A DNA stretch of 64,000 nucleotides from Motiliproteus sp. (GCA_041586735.1 JBFGZQ010000013.1:23186-87185), one strand, 5' to 3'. Positions 31,429-39,254 are shown, counted from the first letter of the stretch. The notes: generated by a model not told the origin, from the letters alone. Program-made: numbers and translations.

Positions 31429-32685
31429 TTATTTACTGTATACCGGGAAGCGCGCACAGAGCTCCAGCACCTGCTGTTTCACCCGCTCAATCACCGCTTC
31501 GTTACTGATATCGTCCAGCACATCGCAGATCCAACCAGTCAGTTCGACCACCTCTTGCTCACCAAAGCCACGTCGTGTCACGGCGGGCGAACCGATCCGC
31601 AGACCGCTGGTGACGAACGGTGAACGCGGATCGTTGGGGACCGAGTTCTTGTTCACGGTGATATTGGCGCGCCCCAAGGCAGCGTCTGCGTCCTTACCGG
31701 TAATATCCTTATTGATCAGATCGACCAAGAACAGATGGTTGTCGGTACCGCCGGAAACGATATCAATACCACGGGCGATAAAGGTCCGCGCCATCGCCTG
31801 GGCATTGATCACTACCTGCTGCTGGTAGCGTTTATACTCATCACTCATCGCCTCTTTAAAGCAGATCGCCTTGGCGGCAATCACATGCATTAAAGGGCCA
31901 CCCTGGCTTTCGGGGAACACCGCAAAGTTAAGCTTCTTCTGCAGCTCTTCATCGCCATTCGACAGAATCAGACCACCACGCGGACCACCCAGCGTCTTGT
32001 GGGTAGTCGTCGTCACCACATCGGCAATGGCGACTGGTGAAGGGTAAACACCCGCCGCCACCAACCCGGCAACATGCGCCATATCAACAAACAGGAAGGC
32101 ACCGACGCTATCAGCAATCTCACGGAACCGTTGCCAGTTCACCACCCGTGAATACGCAGAAAAGCCCGCCACGATCATCTTGGGCTGGTGCTCTTGCGCC
32201 AGGCGCTCCACCTCGGCGTAATCGATCTCGCCAGTTTGCGCATTCAGGCCGTACTGCACTGCATTGTAGATACGGCCGGAAAAGCTCACCGAGGCGCCAT
32301 GCGTCAGGTGACCGCCATGCGCTAGACTCATGCCCAGCACGGTATCGCCCGGCTGGCAGAGTGCCATGTACACCGCCGCATTAGCCTGCGAACCCGAGTG
32401 CGGCTGCACGTTAGCGTAAGCCGCACCATACAGCGCCTTAGCGCGATCGATCGCCAACTGTTCGATGACATCCACGTGCTCACAGCCACCGTAGTAACGC
32501 TTCTCGGGATAGCCTTCCGCATACTTGTTGGTCAAGCAGGAACCCTGCGCTGCCATCGACAATTCGCTGGCATAGTTTTCAGAAGCGATCAGCTCGATAT
32601 GCTGTTCCTGACGCTGTTTCTCGGCAGCAATGGCAGCAGCGATCTCAGGATCAAATTCAGCAATCGTCAAGGCGTTGTTCAACAT
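31429..32685 (-). CDS. glyA: Serine hydroxymethyltransferase
   Basis: Start moved to ATG 32685 ([14 protein letters not shown]). It has the PLP-lysine motif [14 protein letters not shown]. Confidence 0.95.
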   Translation of the reverse strand: MLNNALTIAEFDPEIAAAIAAEKQRQEQHIELIASENYASELSMAAQGSCLTNKYAEGYPEKRYYGGCEHVDVIEQLAIDRAKALYGAAYANVQPHSGSQANAAVYMALCQPGDTVLGMSLAHGGHLTHGASVSFSGRIYNAVQYGLNAQTGEIDYAEVERLAQEHQPKMIVAGFSAYSRVVNWQRFREIADSVGAFLFVDMAHVAGLVAAGVYPSPVAIADVVTTTTHKTLGGPRGGLILSNGDEELQKKLNFAVFPESQGGPLMHVIAAKAICFKEAMSDEYKRYQQQVVINAQAMARTFIARGIDIVSGGTDNHLFLVDLINKDITGKDADAALGRANITVNKNSVPNDPRSPFVTSGLRIGSPAVTRRGFGEQEVVELTGWICDVLDDISNEAVIERVKQQVLELCARFPVYSK

Positions 32686-32940
32686 AGGCACCCCATAAAT
32701 CAAGAAAGTCAGGCCGCAGATCCAGAACGGGAACCGCTACGGCTGCGAGAAAGCGGCGAATTATACCCAAAGAGCCGTTAGATTCACATGAAAGCGATGC
32801 ATAAATGCGCAAATGGTATTCATCAACCTGGCGCCTCATAGCGGCCCACAACAGAGTTCAAGGTCGCTATCGATAAAACGCCCTACAGACCGATAGGCAC
32901 GCACGTCCTGGCACTTGCATCTACCGCACCGCCAAAACAC

Positions 32941-32964
32941 AAAGCCCCCAATCGGGGGCTTTTC
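32941..32964 (-). terminator. Rho-independent terminator downstream of the hsp20 gene
   Basis: AAAGCCCCC-aatc-GGGGGCTTTT hairpin, 27 bp beyond the stop codon. Confidence 0.75.
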
Positions 32965-32990
32965 AGATGGCCCATTTGGGCGCCACAAAC

Positions 32991-33407
32991 TCAGGTAATA
33001 TTGATCTTCACCGTCTTAGGCGACTCCTGCTTAACCTTGGGCAAATTAAGGCTGAGAACACCATTATCAAAGCCGGCCTTTACCGCCTGCGGGTCAACAT
33101 CACCGCCTACCGATAACTGCCGCATAAACTGTCCAAAATGACGTTCCTGACGAATCAAGCGACCGTCTTTTTCCTCTTTTTGCTCACTGGAGGTCTCGGC
33201 CTTGATGGTCAGCACCCCATTCTCCAACCTAACCTCGACATCCTCTTTTTTGACTCCCGGAAGATCCACCTTAATCAGATAGTTGTCATCTGTTTCGTGC
33301 ACATCGATAGCAGGCGACTTATCCGCCCCCGCATGGACGACAGGCCGGTAGAAGTCGTCAAAAAACGTATCCCCAAACAGCCGATTAAAACGTGTTAAAT
33401 TCCCCAT
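32991..33407 (-). CDS. Small heat-shock protein, Hsp20/IbpA family
   Basis: 138 aa with an alpha-crystallin domain (AIDVHETDDNYLIKVDLPGVKKEDVEVRLENGVLTIKAE...GVLSLNLPK). Confidence 0.85.
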   Translation of the reverse strand: MGNLTRFNRLFGDTFFDDFYRPVVHAGADKSPAIDVHETDDNYLIKVDLPGVKKEDVEVRLENGVLTIKAETSSEQKEEKDGRLIRQERHFGQFMRQLSVGGDVDPQAVKAGFDNGVLSLNLPKVKQESPKTVKINIT

Positions 33408-33698
33408 GATATCAGTCTCCTTGCGACCAACCCGCTATGCAAGCACAAGCTAATGTATGCGCTATAATTGTAGCGCCCTCTCGCACAGCTAGACTGAAAA
33501 GAATGCATCAACAGATGTGTTTTCTGTATCTACAATCATGCGCTCCGCGACCTCTCCGCCAGCCACCCTATGGAGACACCGAAGCAAGAGCCGCCCTGGC
33601 AAACACGCCGAGTTATTAGCACGGCCTACCCTGCCCTTCATCGCCGCAATGGGCTAAAATCGGCAACAACGTTCAGTTAACCGAGGTTAAACAGTTCC

Positions 33699-35357
33699 AT
33701 GGCTCAATTCGTCTTTACGATGCATCGGGTGGGCAAGATCGTGCCGCCCAAGCGTGAGATCCTCAAAGATATCTCGCTGTCATTCTTTCCGGGTGCCAAG
33801 ATCGGCGTACTGGGCCTCAACGGTTCTGGTAAATCCACGCTGCTGAAAATCATGGCGGGCATCGATCCGGACTTTAACGGTGAAGCACGCCCGCAACCGG
33901 GTATCAACATCGGCTATCTGGCCCAAGAGCCCCACATGGACGACAACAAAACCGTCCGCGAAGTGGTCGAAGAAGCGGTCGCCGAAGCCAAAGATGCGCT
34001 GACCCGACTCGATGAAGTCTACGCCGCGTACGCCGAGCCGGATGCCGATTTCGACAAACTGGCCGCCGAACAGGCCCGCCTAGAAAACATCATCCAGGCG
34101 GTCGACGCCCACAACATCGAACGCCAGATGGAGGTCGCCGCCGATGCCCTGCGTCTACCGGGCTGGGACGAGAAGGTTGAACACCTCTCTGGGGGCGAGC
34201 GCCGCCGCGTCGCCCTGTGCAGACTGCTGCTGTCCAAGCCCGACATGCTGCTACTCGATGAGCCCACCAACCACCTCGACGCCGAATCGGTGGCCTGGCT
34301 GGAACGCTTCCTGGTGGACTTCAACGGTACGGTGGTAGCGATCACCCACGACCGCTACTTCCTAGACAACGCTGCGGGCTGGATCTTAGAACTCGACCGC
34401 GGTCACGGCATCCCTTACGAGGGCAACTACAGCTCCTGGCTGGAGCAGAAAGACGCGCGCCTGGCGACGGAAGCCAAGCAGGAAGCCGCGCATCAAAAGA
34501 CCATCAAATCAGAACTGGAGTGGGTTCGCCAAGGATCCAAAGGGCGTCAATCCAAGTCCAAGGCGCGTTTAAAGCAGTTCGAGGAGATGAGCTCGCAGAG
34601 CTACCAGAAACGCAATGAAACTCAGGAGATCTATATTCCGCCAGGACCCCGTCTGGGCGAGAAAGTGATCGAGCTGCACAACGTCTGCAAGGCGTTTGGT
34701 GAGAAGATGCTGGTCGACAATATGAGTTTCACCATCCCACAGGGCGCAATCGTTGGCGTTATCGGCGGCAACGGTGCGGGCAAGTCCACGCTGTTCAAGA
34801 TGATCAGCGGCACAGAACAGCCCGATTCAGGCGAGGTGGTGATCGGCCAAACAGTCAAGCTCGCCCACGTAGATCAAATGCGCGAGCTTGATGGATCGAA
34901 AACCGTATTTGACGAAATATCGGACGGTCAGGACATCATTACCGTCGGTAACTATCAGGTACCCGCACGCGCCTACGCCGGTCGTTTTAACTTTAAAGGC
35001 GGCGATCAGCAAAAATTCGTCAAAGACCTGTCCGGTGGTGAGCGCAATCGTCTGCACCTGGCCAAACTGCTGAAAGAGGGTGGCAACGTGCTGCTGCTCG
35101 ACGAGCCGACCAACGACCTCGACGTCGAAACCCTGCGCGCCCTGGAAGAAGCGCTGCTGGCATTCCCCGGCTGCGCCATCGTGATCTCGCACGATCGCTG
35201 GTTCCTGGACCGGATCTCCACCCATATTCTTGCGTATGAGGGCGACTCCAAAGCCGTATTCTTTGAGGGCAACTACAGTGAGTATGAAGCCGACTTTCTA
35301 ACACGAGTCGGCGATGCTACGCCTCACAGAGTTAAGTATAAGAAGATCGATGCTTAA
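33699..35357 (+). CDS. ettA: Energy-dependent translational throttle protein EttA (ABC-F); the last 26 sense codons (35279-35354) lie beyond the shared 8-bp core and are island-derived
   Basis: 552 aa with two ABC cassettes (GLNGSGKST/LSGGERRRVAL and GGNGAGKST/LSGGERNRLHL) and no TM domain. Codon usage switches to AT-rich right after AACTACAG at 35271-35278. Confidence 0.95.
   Translation: MAQFVFTMHRVGKIVPPKREILKDISLSFFPGAKIGVLGLNGSGKSTLLKIMAGIDPDFNGEARPQPGINIGYLAQEPHMDDNKTVREVVEEAVAEAKDALTRLDEVYAAYAEPDADFDKLAAEQARLENIIQAVDAHNIERQMEVAADALRLPGWDEKVEHLSGGERRRVALCRLLLSKPDMLLLDEPTNHLDAESVAWLERFLVDFNGTVVAITHDRYFLDNAAGWILELDRGHGIPYEGNYSSWLEQKDARLATEAKQEAAHQKTIKSELEWVRQGSKGRQSKSKARLKQFEEMSSQSYQKRNETQEIYIPPGPRLGEKVIELHNVCKAFGEKMLVDNMSFTIPQGAIVGVIGGNGAGKSTLFKMISGTEQPDSGEVVIGQTVKLAHVDQMRELDGSKTVFDEISDGQDIITVGNYQVPARAYAGRFNFKGGDQQKFVKDLSGGERNRLHLAKLLKEGGNVLLLDEPTNDLDVETLRALEEALLAFPGCAIVISHDRWFLDRISTHILAYEGDSKAVFFEGNYSEYEADFLTRVGDATPHRVKYKKIDA
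35271..35278 (+). repeat. Left junction core AACTACAG (attL side)
   Basis: This identical 8-mer begins both copies of the duplicated ettA end. The sequence to its left is host, and to its right is island-like. Confidence 0.7.
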
Positions 35358-35380
35358 CGGCTCTAGACACCTGAATGACA

Positions 35381-35404
35381 AAGGGCGCACTTAGCGTCCT
35401 TTTC
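35381..35404 (+). terminator. Island-borne terminator for the chimeric ettA
   Basis: AAGGGCGC-actta-GCGTCCTT (one G-U pair) followed by TTTT, 24 nt after the stop. Confidence 0.55.
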
Positions 35405-35512
35405 TGTGGCTATGCCTGAGTTAATGGCTGCAGGGGATAGTATTTTCATCTACTTCGAATAAGATCGCTCCCATAATAGAAGAGCACTTCAAAAACCCTA
35501 TTAATGTTGATG

Positions 35513-35542
35513 TTGACATACACTTATGCATTGGCATATTTT
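35513..35542 (+). promoter_or_regulatory. Candidate sigma-70 promoter for the island cargo genes
   Basis: TTGACA-(18 nt)-TATTTT, about 70 bp upstream of the 77-aa ORF. Confidence 0.35.
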
Positions 35543-35609
35543 GACAGTGCTACCATCAGGCTGGGATTGACCTCGAAGAGCCGCCAAGGCACTTCACAAA
35601 GGACGAGAA

Positions 35610-35843
35610 ATGGACAGGAATGTTTGCTTTTATTACCGAGAAGAAATCAAGCTTGGGACCATTAAGTACAAGCATTGTGGTTCAATGCTCTCCAATCCTC
35701 AGCTGATCGCTAACGGCACGAAGTCAGAAGGCACTCTCTGGCTTCCCGTTCCAGCCTTTGTTTTATCTCTCTTTGCCTTTATTACGCTGCTTGACCATCC
35801 GCATACTGGGCGGTTTGTATCAAAATTTTTTATTAAAACATAA
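35610..35843 (+). CDS. Small membrane protein with a degenerate zinc-ribbon-like N-terminus (unknown function)
   Basis: 77 aa with an AGGA Shine-Dalgarno upstream. The N-terminus (NVCFYYREEIKLGTIKYKHCGSML) resembles the common C-x2-C..C-x2-C zinc-ribbon peptide, but two Cys positions are Tyr. One TM helix follows (LWLPVPAFVLSLFAFITLL). The gene is AT-rich. Confidence 0.55.
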   Translation: MDRNVCFYYREEIKLGTIKYKHCGSMLSNPQLIANGTKSEGTLWLPVPAFVLSLFAFITLLDHPHTGRFVSKFFIKT

Positions 35844-35861
35844 TTCATCAGGGATGATTAT

Positions 35862-36983
35862 ATGAACTTTCCAGGGAAATATTATATTCTTTGTACTGCG
35901 ATGATTTTCAGTGTCAATGCAACAGCTGCAGCATACAATACTGAAAACTGCAGTTACCTTTCTCGCGCTGATGAAACCCTACAAAAACGCATATTTGATT
36001 GGGTTTACCCGTCAACAGGAATGCGCCCTTCATACGAATCGTTTAGCTCTGTCAGGTATTGCCAAGGATTAATAAGAGAAGCCGCTAATATAGAAAAAAA
36101 TGTGAAATACGTATGCTCTTCGTTCCCAGAAAGTTATTGTAAAGACGAGAAGACCAAGTTAGAAAACAACAATACTCGTATTGATGAGCTCCTCAAAAAG
36201 GCAAGCGAATTAAAAGTAGTCGCCCAAAAAGAAGCCTTGCAAGCGAAGATCAGGAAGGACGAAGAAAAACAAAAAGATGACTTCAATGCAAGGAATACTT
36301 ATTTAGCAGAGCAAGAGCTGAAACAAAAAAAACTTTCCCAGCATAGAGAAGATATGGACCTGGCTCTTAGCGAGCAATGCTTAAGTGAAGTTGAAACCAT
36401 CAAAAGCCATGATGCTTCTATAATTATGCACTGGAATAAAACAATAAGTGATCTTGAATCAGCAGTTAAAAATGAAAACCATCGCTATGCACAACATATA
36501 TACAATAAAGAATTTCCAAAGGTAGCGAATAAGCCAGCTCTTTTAATATATTCAAGTGGTACTGATGAGTGTTTCAAATACACAGAGTACCAGAAACTAG
36601 AATCAGAAATATTTATTGAATTTTCTAGCACAGAAATAAACAAGGATAAGCTAGAGCAGATTATGAAAAATAGTAACAATCAGGCGTCTAGCATTGAATC
36701 AACTAAAAAACATAATGTAACTCCAAAAAATAAAACAGATGCTAAAACAGGTTACTTTGTGGAGTCGGAGGTGCTTTTTTGTAATACAAAGCGTCAGTTT
36801 GATGATCAGATGCTAATGCTAAGTCAGGGCCATAAAAACTATGCTTCTGGTTGTTACTCTACTTTCGGAAATATTGATGTAGTACTTATAGATTTTGGAG
36901 TTCTCGGTGCAACAGAGGTTCGATCGTTATCCAATGGAAAATCCATGTGGATTACGTCTGAGTCTCTATCTAAGTATCAATGA
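35862..36983 (+). CDS. Secreted Lys/Glu-rich coiled-coil protein with Cys-containing terminal domains (unknown function)
   Basis: 373 aa with an AGGGA Shine-Dalgarno and a signal peptide (YYILCTAMIFSVNATAAA). The central region is charged and helical, and the C-terminal part is about 80 aa of beta-rich-looking sequence. I recognise no family. Sampled lines are about 35% GC. Confidence 0.7.
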   Translation: MNFPGKYYILCTAMIFSVNATAAAYNTENCSYLSRADETLQKRIFDWVYPSTGMRPSYESFSSVRYCQGLIREAANIEKNVKYVCSSFPESYCKDEKTKLENNNTRIDELLKKASELKVVAQKEALQAKIRKDEEKQKDDFNARNTYLAEQELKQKKLSQHREDMDLALSEQCLSEVETIKSHDASIIMHWNKTISDLESAVKNENHRYAQHIYNKEFPKVANKPALLIYSSGTDECFKYTEYQKLESEIFIEFSSTEINKDKLEQIMKNSNNQASSIESTKKHNVTPKNKTDAKTGYFVESEVLFCNTKRQFDDQMLMLSQGHKNYASGCYSTFGNIDVVLIDFGVLGATEVRSLSNGKSMWITSESLSKYQ

Positions 36984-37077
36984 TACATTAGGGTACTTCA
37001 GGGCACCTCGAAAAACCCCTCTGGTATCGTCCTATGGTAAAATTCAAAAATTCACAGCCGCCTAAGCCCTAGAATCG

Positions 37078-37224
37078 ATGAAAAAACGAAGCGCTATCAA
37101 GACCGAGCTGTTTGCTGACGCACATCACCGCAAAAAGATCTATTCACTGGGCGATCCGCTGATCGAGATCCAGTCACATATTGATTTTGCGGTATTAGCA
37201 GCTGATTTCAACATAAGCAAATAA
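37078..37224 (+). pseudogene. Possible N-terminal fragment of an IS4/IS5-superfamily transposase (48 codons)
   Basis: My translation is MKKRSAIKTELFADAHHRKKIYSLGDPLIEIQSHIDFAVLAADFNISK*. The L..LGDPL..L...IDF..L pattern recalls the InsH-type transposase N-terminal domain. There is no catalytic part downstream. This is recollection only, with no search done. Confidence 0.3.
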
Positions 37225-37455
37225 GCTCATATACAACATAAAGAGAGCCTAAAAAGAGCGACCCTTTGGGGTTGGGTTGCCTCTTCCTAAAGCAGCCTCT
37301 CTATGCTCCAAAAAGCGGCTTAAAGACCCACTGCTCGGCATGCTGAAAACAGTGATTAATATGTGATAGCCGCTTAGCAACAATGCCCATAAACAAGATC
37401 GCTACTTCATAATTTCGAAATATCTATGCTTGGACAAGACCCGCGTACAGCCTGC

Positions 37456-38001
37456 TCAAGAAGCCTTCAAAAGCCTGTATACACTGGCTTTTGACAATCC
37501 ATACTCGGACATCAACCCCCTTATCAAAACCCCTTCAGAGCGCTTCTGGCGCATCTCAAGTAGCTGCTTATCATCGAGCTTTGCCTTTCTGCCAAATCCC
37601 ACGCCTTTCGCTTTTGCTGACTCAATGCCTTCCATTTGACGCTCTTTTCGCAAGTCAGTTTCGAACTCTGCAATAGCCCCTAGCATGTTGAACATGAGCT
37701 TACCTGTGGGGGTGGTTGTGTCGATGTTCTGATCCAGCACCATAAGCTCCACATTCTTATTTTCCAGTAGCTCACGGATCTGGTTGAGATGGATAGTCGA
37801 TCTAGCCAAACGATCTAGCTTTGTTATGACCAAGACATCGCCATCCCTCACATAATCAAGACACTTTTTCAGCTCAGGCCGATCAGCCGTAGTTCCTGAG
37901 CGTTTCTCCTGATACACCTTGTCACAGCCAACTAGCTTCTCCAGCTGAACATCCAATGACTGACCAACCGTACTCACCCTTGCATATCCTATTCTAGCCA
38001 T
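37456..38001 (-). CDS. Small serine recombinase (resolvase/invertase family)
   Basis: 181 aa with the catalytic-serine motif IGYARVSTVGQ, then DVLVITKLDRLARS, AIAEFE and a C-terminal HTH (GLSKASVYRLLK). Confidence 0.9.
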   Translation of the reverse strand: MARIGYARVSTVGQSLDVQLEKLVGCDKVYQEKRSGTTADRPELKKCLDYVRDGDVLVITKLDRLARSTIHLNQIRELLENKNVELMVLDQNIDTTTPTGKLMFNMLGAIAEFETDLRKERQMEGIESAKAKGVGFGRKAKLDDKQLLEMRQKRSEGVLIRGLMSEYGLSKASVYRLLKAS

Positions 38002-38057
38002 GTCTTACAATCTCTAAGAGCTTAAGATAAACGCATTATAAGACATTGAATAAGACA
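38001..38057. promoter_or_regulatory. Candidate res-like recombinase binding half-sites directly upstream of the small recombinase gene
   Basis: TGTCTTACAAT (38001-38011) faces inverted ATTATAAGACA (38035-38045) and a further TAAGACA (38051-57). A degenerate inverted TAAGATA sits at 38023-29, giving a 29-bp site. Confidence 0.4.
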
Positions 38058-38472
38058 CGCAAGAACAATAGTATCGAAACGTATACTTTTTAAGAATGGC
38101 CCTCTGGCCTTATCCTTAATGACAATTATGCAGCAGTATTAGATTACACACCTATGCTGCATAGGTGTTTAAATCGCCTTAAATCGATGGTAATAACCAC
38201 CCTTAGAGGAGAGTATGGGCTGGTGTAGAAAAGCGATTTAAACATTGTTACGCAAGGCTATAGCATGCCTAGCACAATGACTAATGCTTATCTCCAGCAA
38301 GGAAGAGTCAGTAGCTATACCCTAATAGCGCCAGACTATGAGTGCGTGTCATGGATGTAGCAAGGGGGCTACTTTAGCAATGTATTATTTTATTTGTTAT
38401 GCATTTTGCATTCACTGGTTTGGGTGTTAAGGGAAAGGGTTAGGTGGTGGAGGGTATGTATGTCGATAGCAT

Positions 38473-38605
38473 CTACGTTCCAGTAACTAGCGGAGTAACT
38501 ACCCAAGTAACTACGTTCCAGTAACTAGCAAAATAACCATCAAATTAACCATCAAATTAACCATCAAATTAACCATCAAATTAACTAACAAATTAACTAT
38601 AAAAA
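38473..38605. repeat. Array of ten about 12-bp-phased TAAC units, including TAACCATCAAAT x4 perfect
   Basis: GTAACTA occurs at 38483, 38495, 38507 and 38521 (spacing 12, 12, 14). These are followed by TAACCATCAAAT x4 (38534-38581), then TAACTAACAAAT and TAACTATAAAAA. Confidence 0.9.
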
Positions 38606-38675
38606 CCGAGTGTGGGAGGGGGGTGCGGGTAGCATTAGAGACACTCTACGCGTACATTTTTTGATCAATTTCTTT

Positions 38676-38693
38676 GTAACTTGTTGAAGTTAC
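38676..38693. other. Hairpin GTAACTT-gttg-AAGTTAC followed by a T-run
   Basis: A perfect 7-bp inverted repeat that again contains GTAAC. Confidence 0.5.
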
Positions 38694-38752
38694 TAACTAT
38701 TTTTTAGCAAAGTCCACGTAAATGGCCTACTATAAATCAATGACTTACGAGC

Positions 38753-38848
38753 GTCTCAAAATGGCCTAAAAATCGCCTCAAAAACGACCTCAAAAACGAC
38801 CTCGAAAACGATGATTCTGAGGGGTGTTTTTCGGGCTGTTTTTGTGAG
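38753..38848. repeat. Array of 12-bp CCTCAAAAACGA-type units (3 good plus 2 degenerate direct copies) facing two inverted degenerate copies
   Basis: CCTCAAAAACGA occurs at 38776 and 38788, and CCTCGAAAACGA at 38800. Degenerate copies lie at 38753-64 and 38765-75. Inverted GTGTTTTTCGGG (38824-35) and CTGTTTTTGTGAG (38836-48) face them. Confidence 0.85.
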
Positions 38849-39254
38849 CAAAATACCCTCGTCAGTGACCTCCGTGGTGTGAACTACCTTTTGATATCGG
38901 TGCATGTGCTGTATGGGCGTTTTAAGCACTTTTAAGAGGGGTCTGAGTCGTACCTATACAAACGGGTAGGGTAACGTCAAACCACGGTTTAAATGTCAAC
39001 TGAGGGGCCTTAAAGGCACTTCTACGGTGGTAGATATCACTAGGGTCTTACTCTCTCGTAATTTTAGAGCACGAGTCTTAAACCCACCTTGATTACCACC
39101 ATTATATTTTGGTGTATTAGTCTAGAGTGATCAAGCAAAGAGGTTGTTAAGCGAATAGCTTAGACAGTAATAGCGCTCACCACTAGGCTAGACTGTCATA
39201 TCTAATGATTCCTATCTAATCTGGCAGCAATTACCTTAATGTTTTTGATGCATT

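Noticed and set aside
32909-32919. TGGCACTTGCA resembling a sigma-54 promoter between hsp20 and glyA
   Set aside because: The -24 and -12 elements are directly adjacent instead of being separated by the required spacer, so it cannot function as a sigma-54 promoter.
33408-33698. Sigma-32 promoter or ROSE-type RNA thermometer upstream of the hsp20 gene
   Set aside because: I could not find a convincing CTTGAAA-N13-15-CCCCAT pair or the ROSE U(U/C)GCU anti-SD pattern by eye, so I left it uncalled.
38338-38430. 30-codon Cys-rich hydrophobic micro-ORF (MSACHGCSKGATLAMYYFICYAFCIHWFGC), a possible type I toxin or small membrane peptide
   Set aside because: It has no recognisable Shine-Dalgarno sequence upstream and no obvious antisense partner. 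In AT-rich DNA an ORF of this size is expected by chance, so I did not call it as a feature.
38534-38605. Could the tandem TAACCATCAAAT units be a CRISPR array or a type III (ToxI-like) antitoxin RNA repeat?
   Set aside because: The units are only 12 bp and directly abutting, with no spacers, so this is not a CRISPR array. ToxI-type repeats are about 34-36 nt and sit immediately upstream of a toxin ORF. No ORF follows here on either strand.
38972-38997. hix/gix-like dyad TAACGTCAAACC-AC-GGTTTAAATGTC, suggesting an invertible segment for the small recombinase
   Set aside because: Only one such AAACC-NN-GGTTT dyad was found by eye in the island. Without an inverted partner no invertible segment can be defined. 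The central AC and the outer halves also fit the Hin/Gin consensus poorly.
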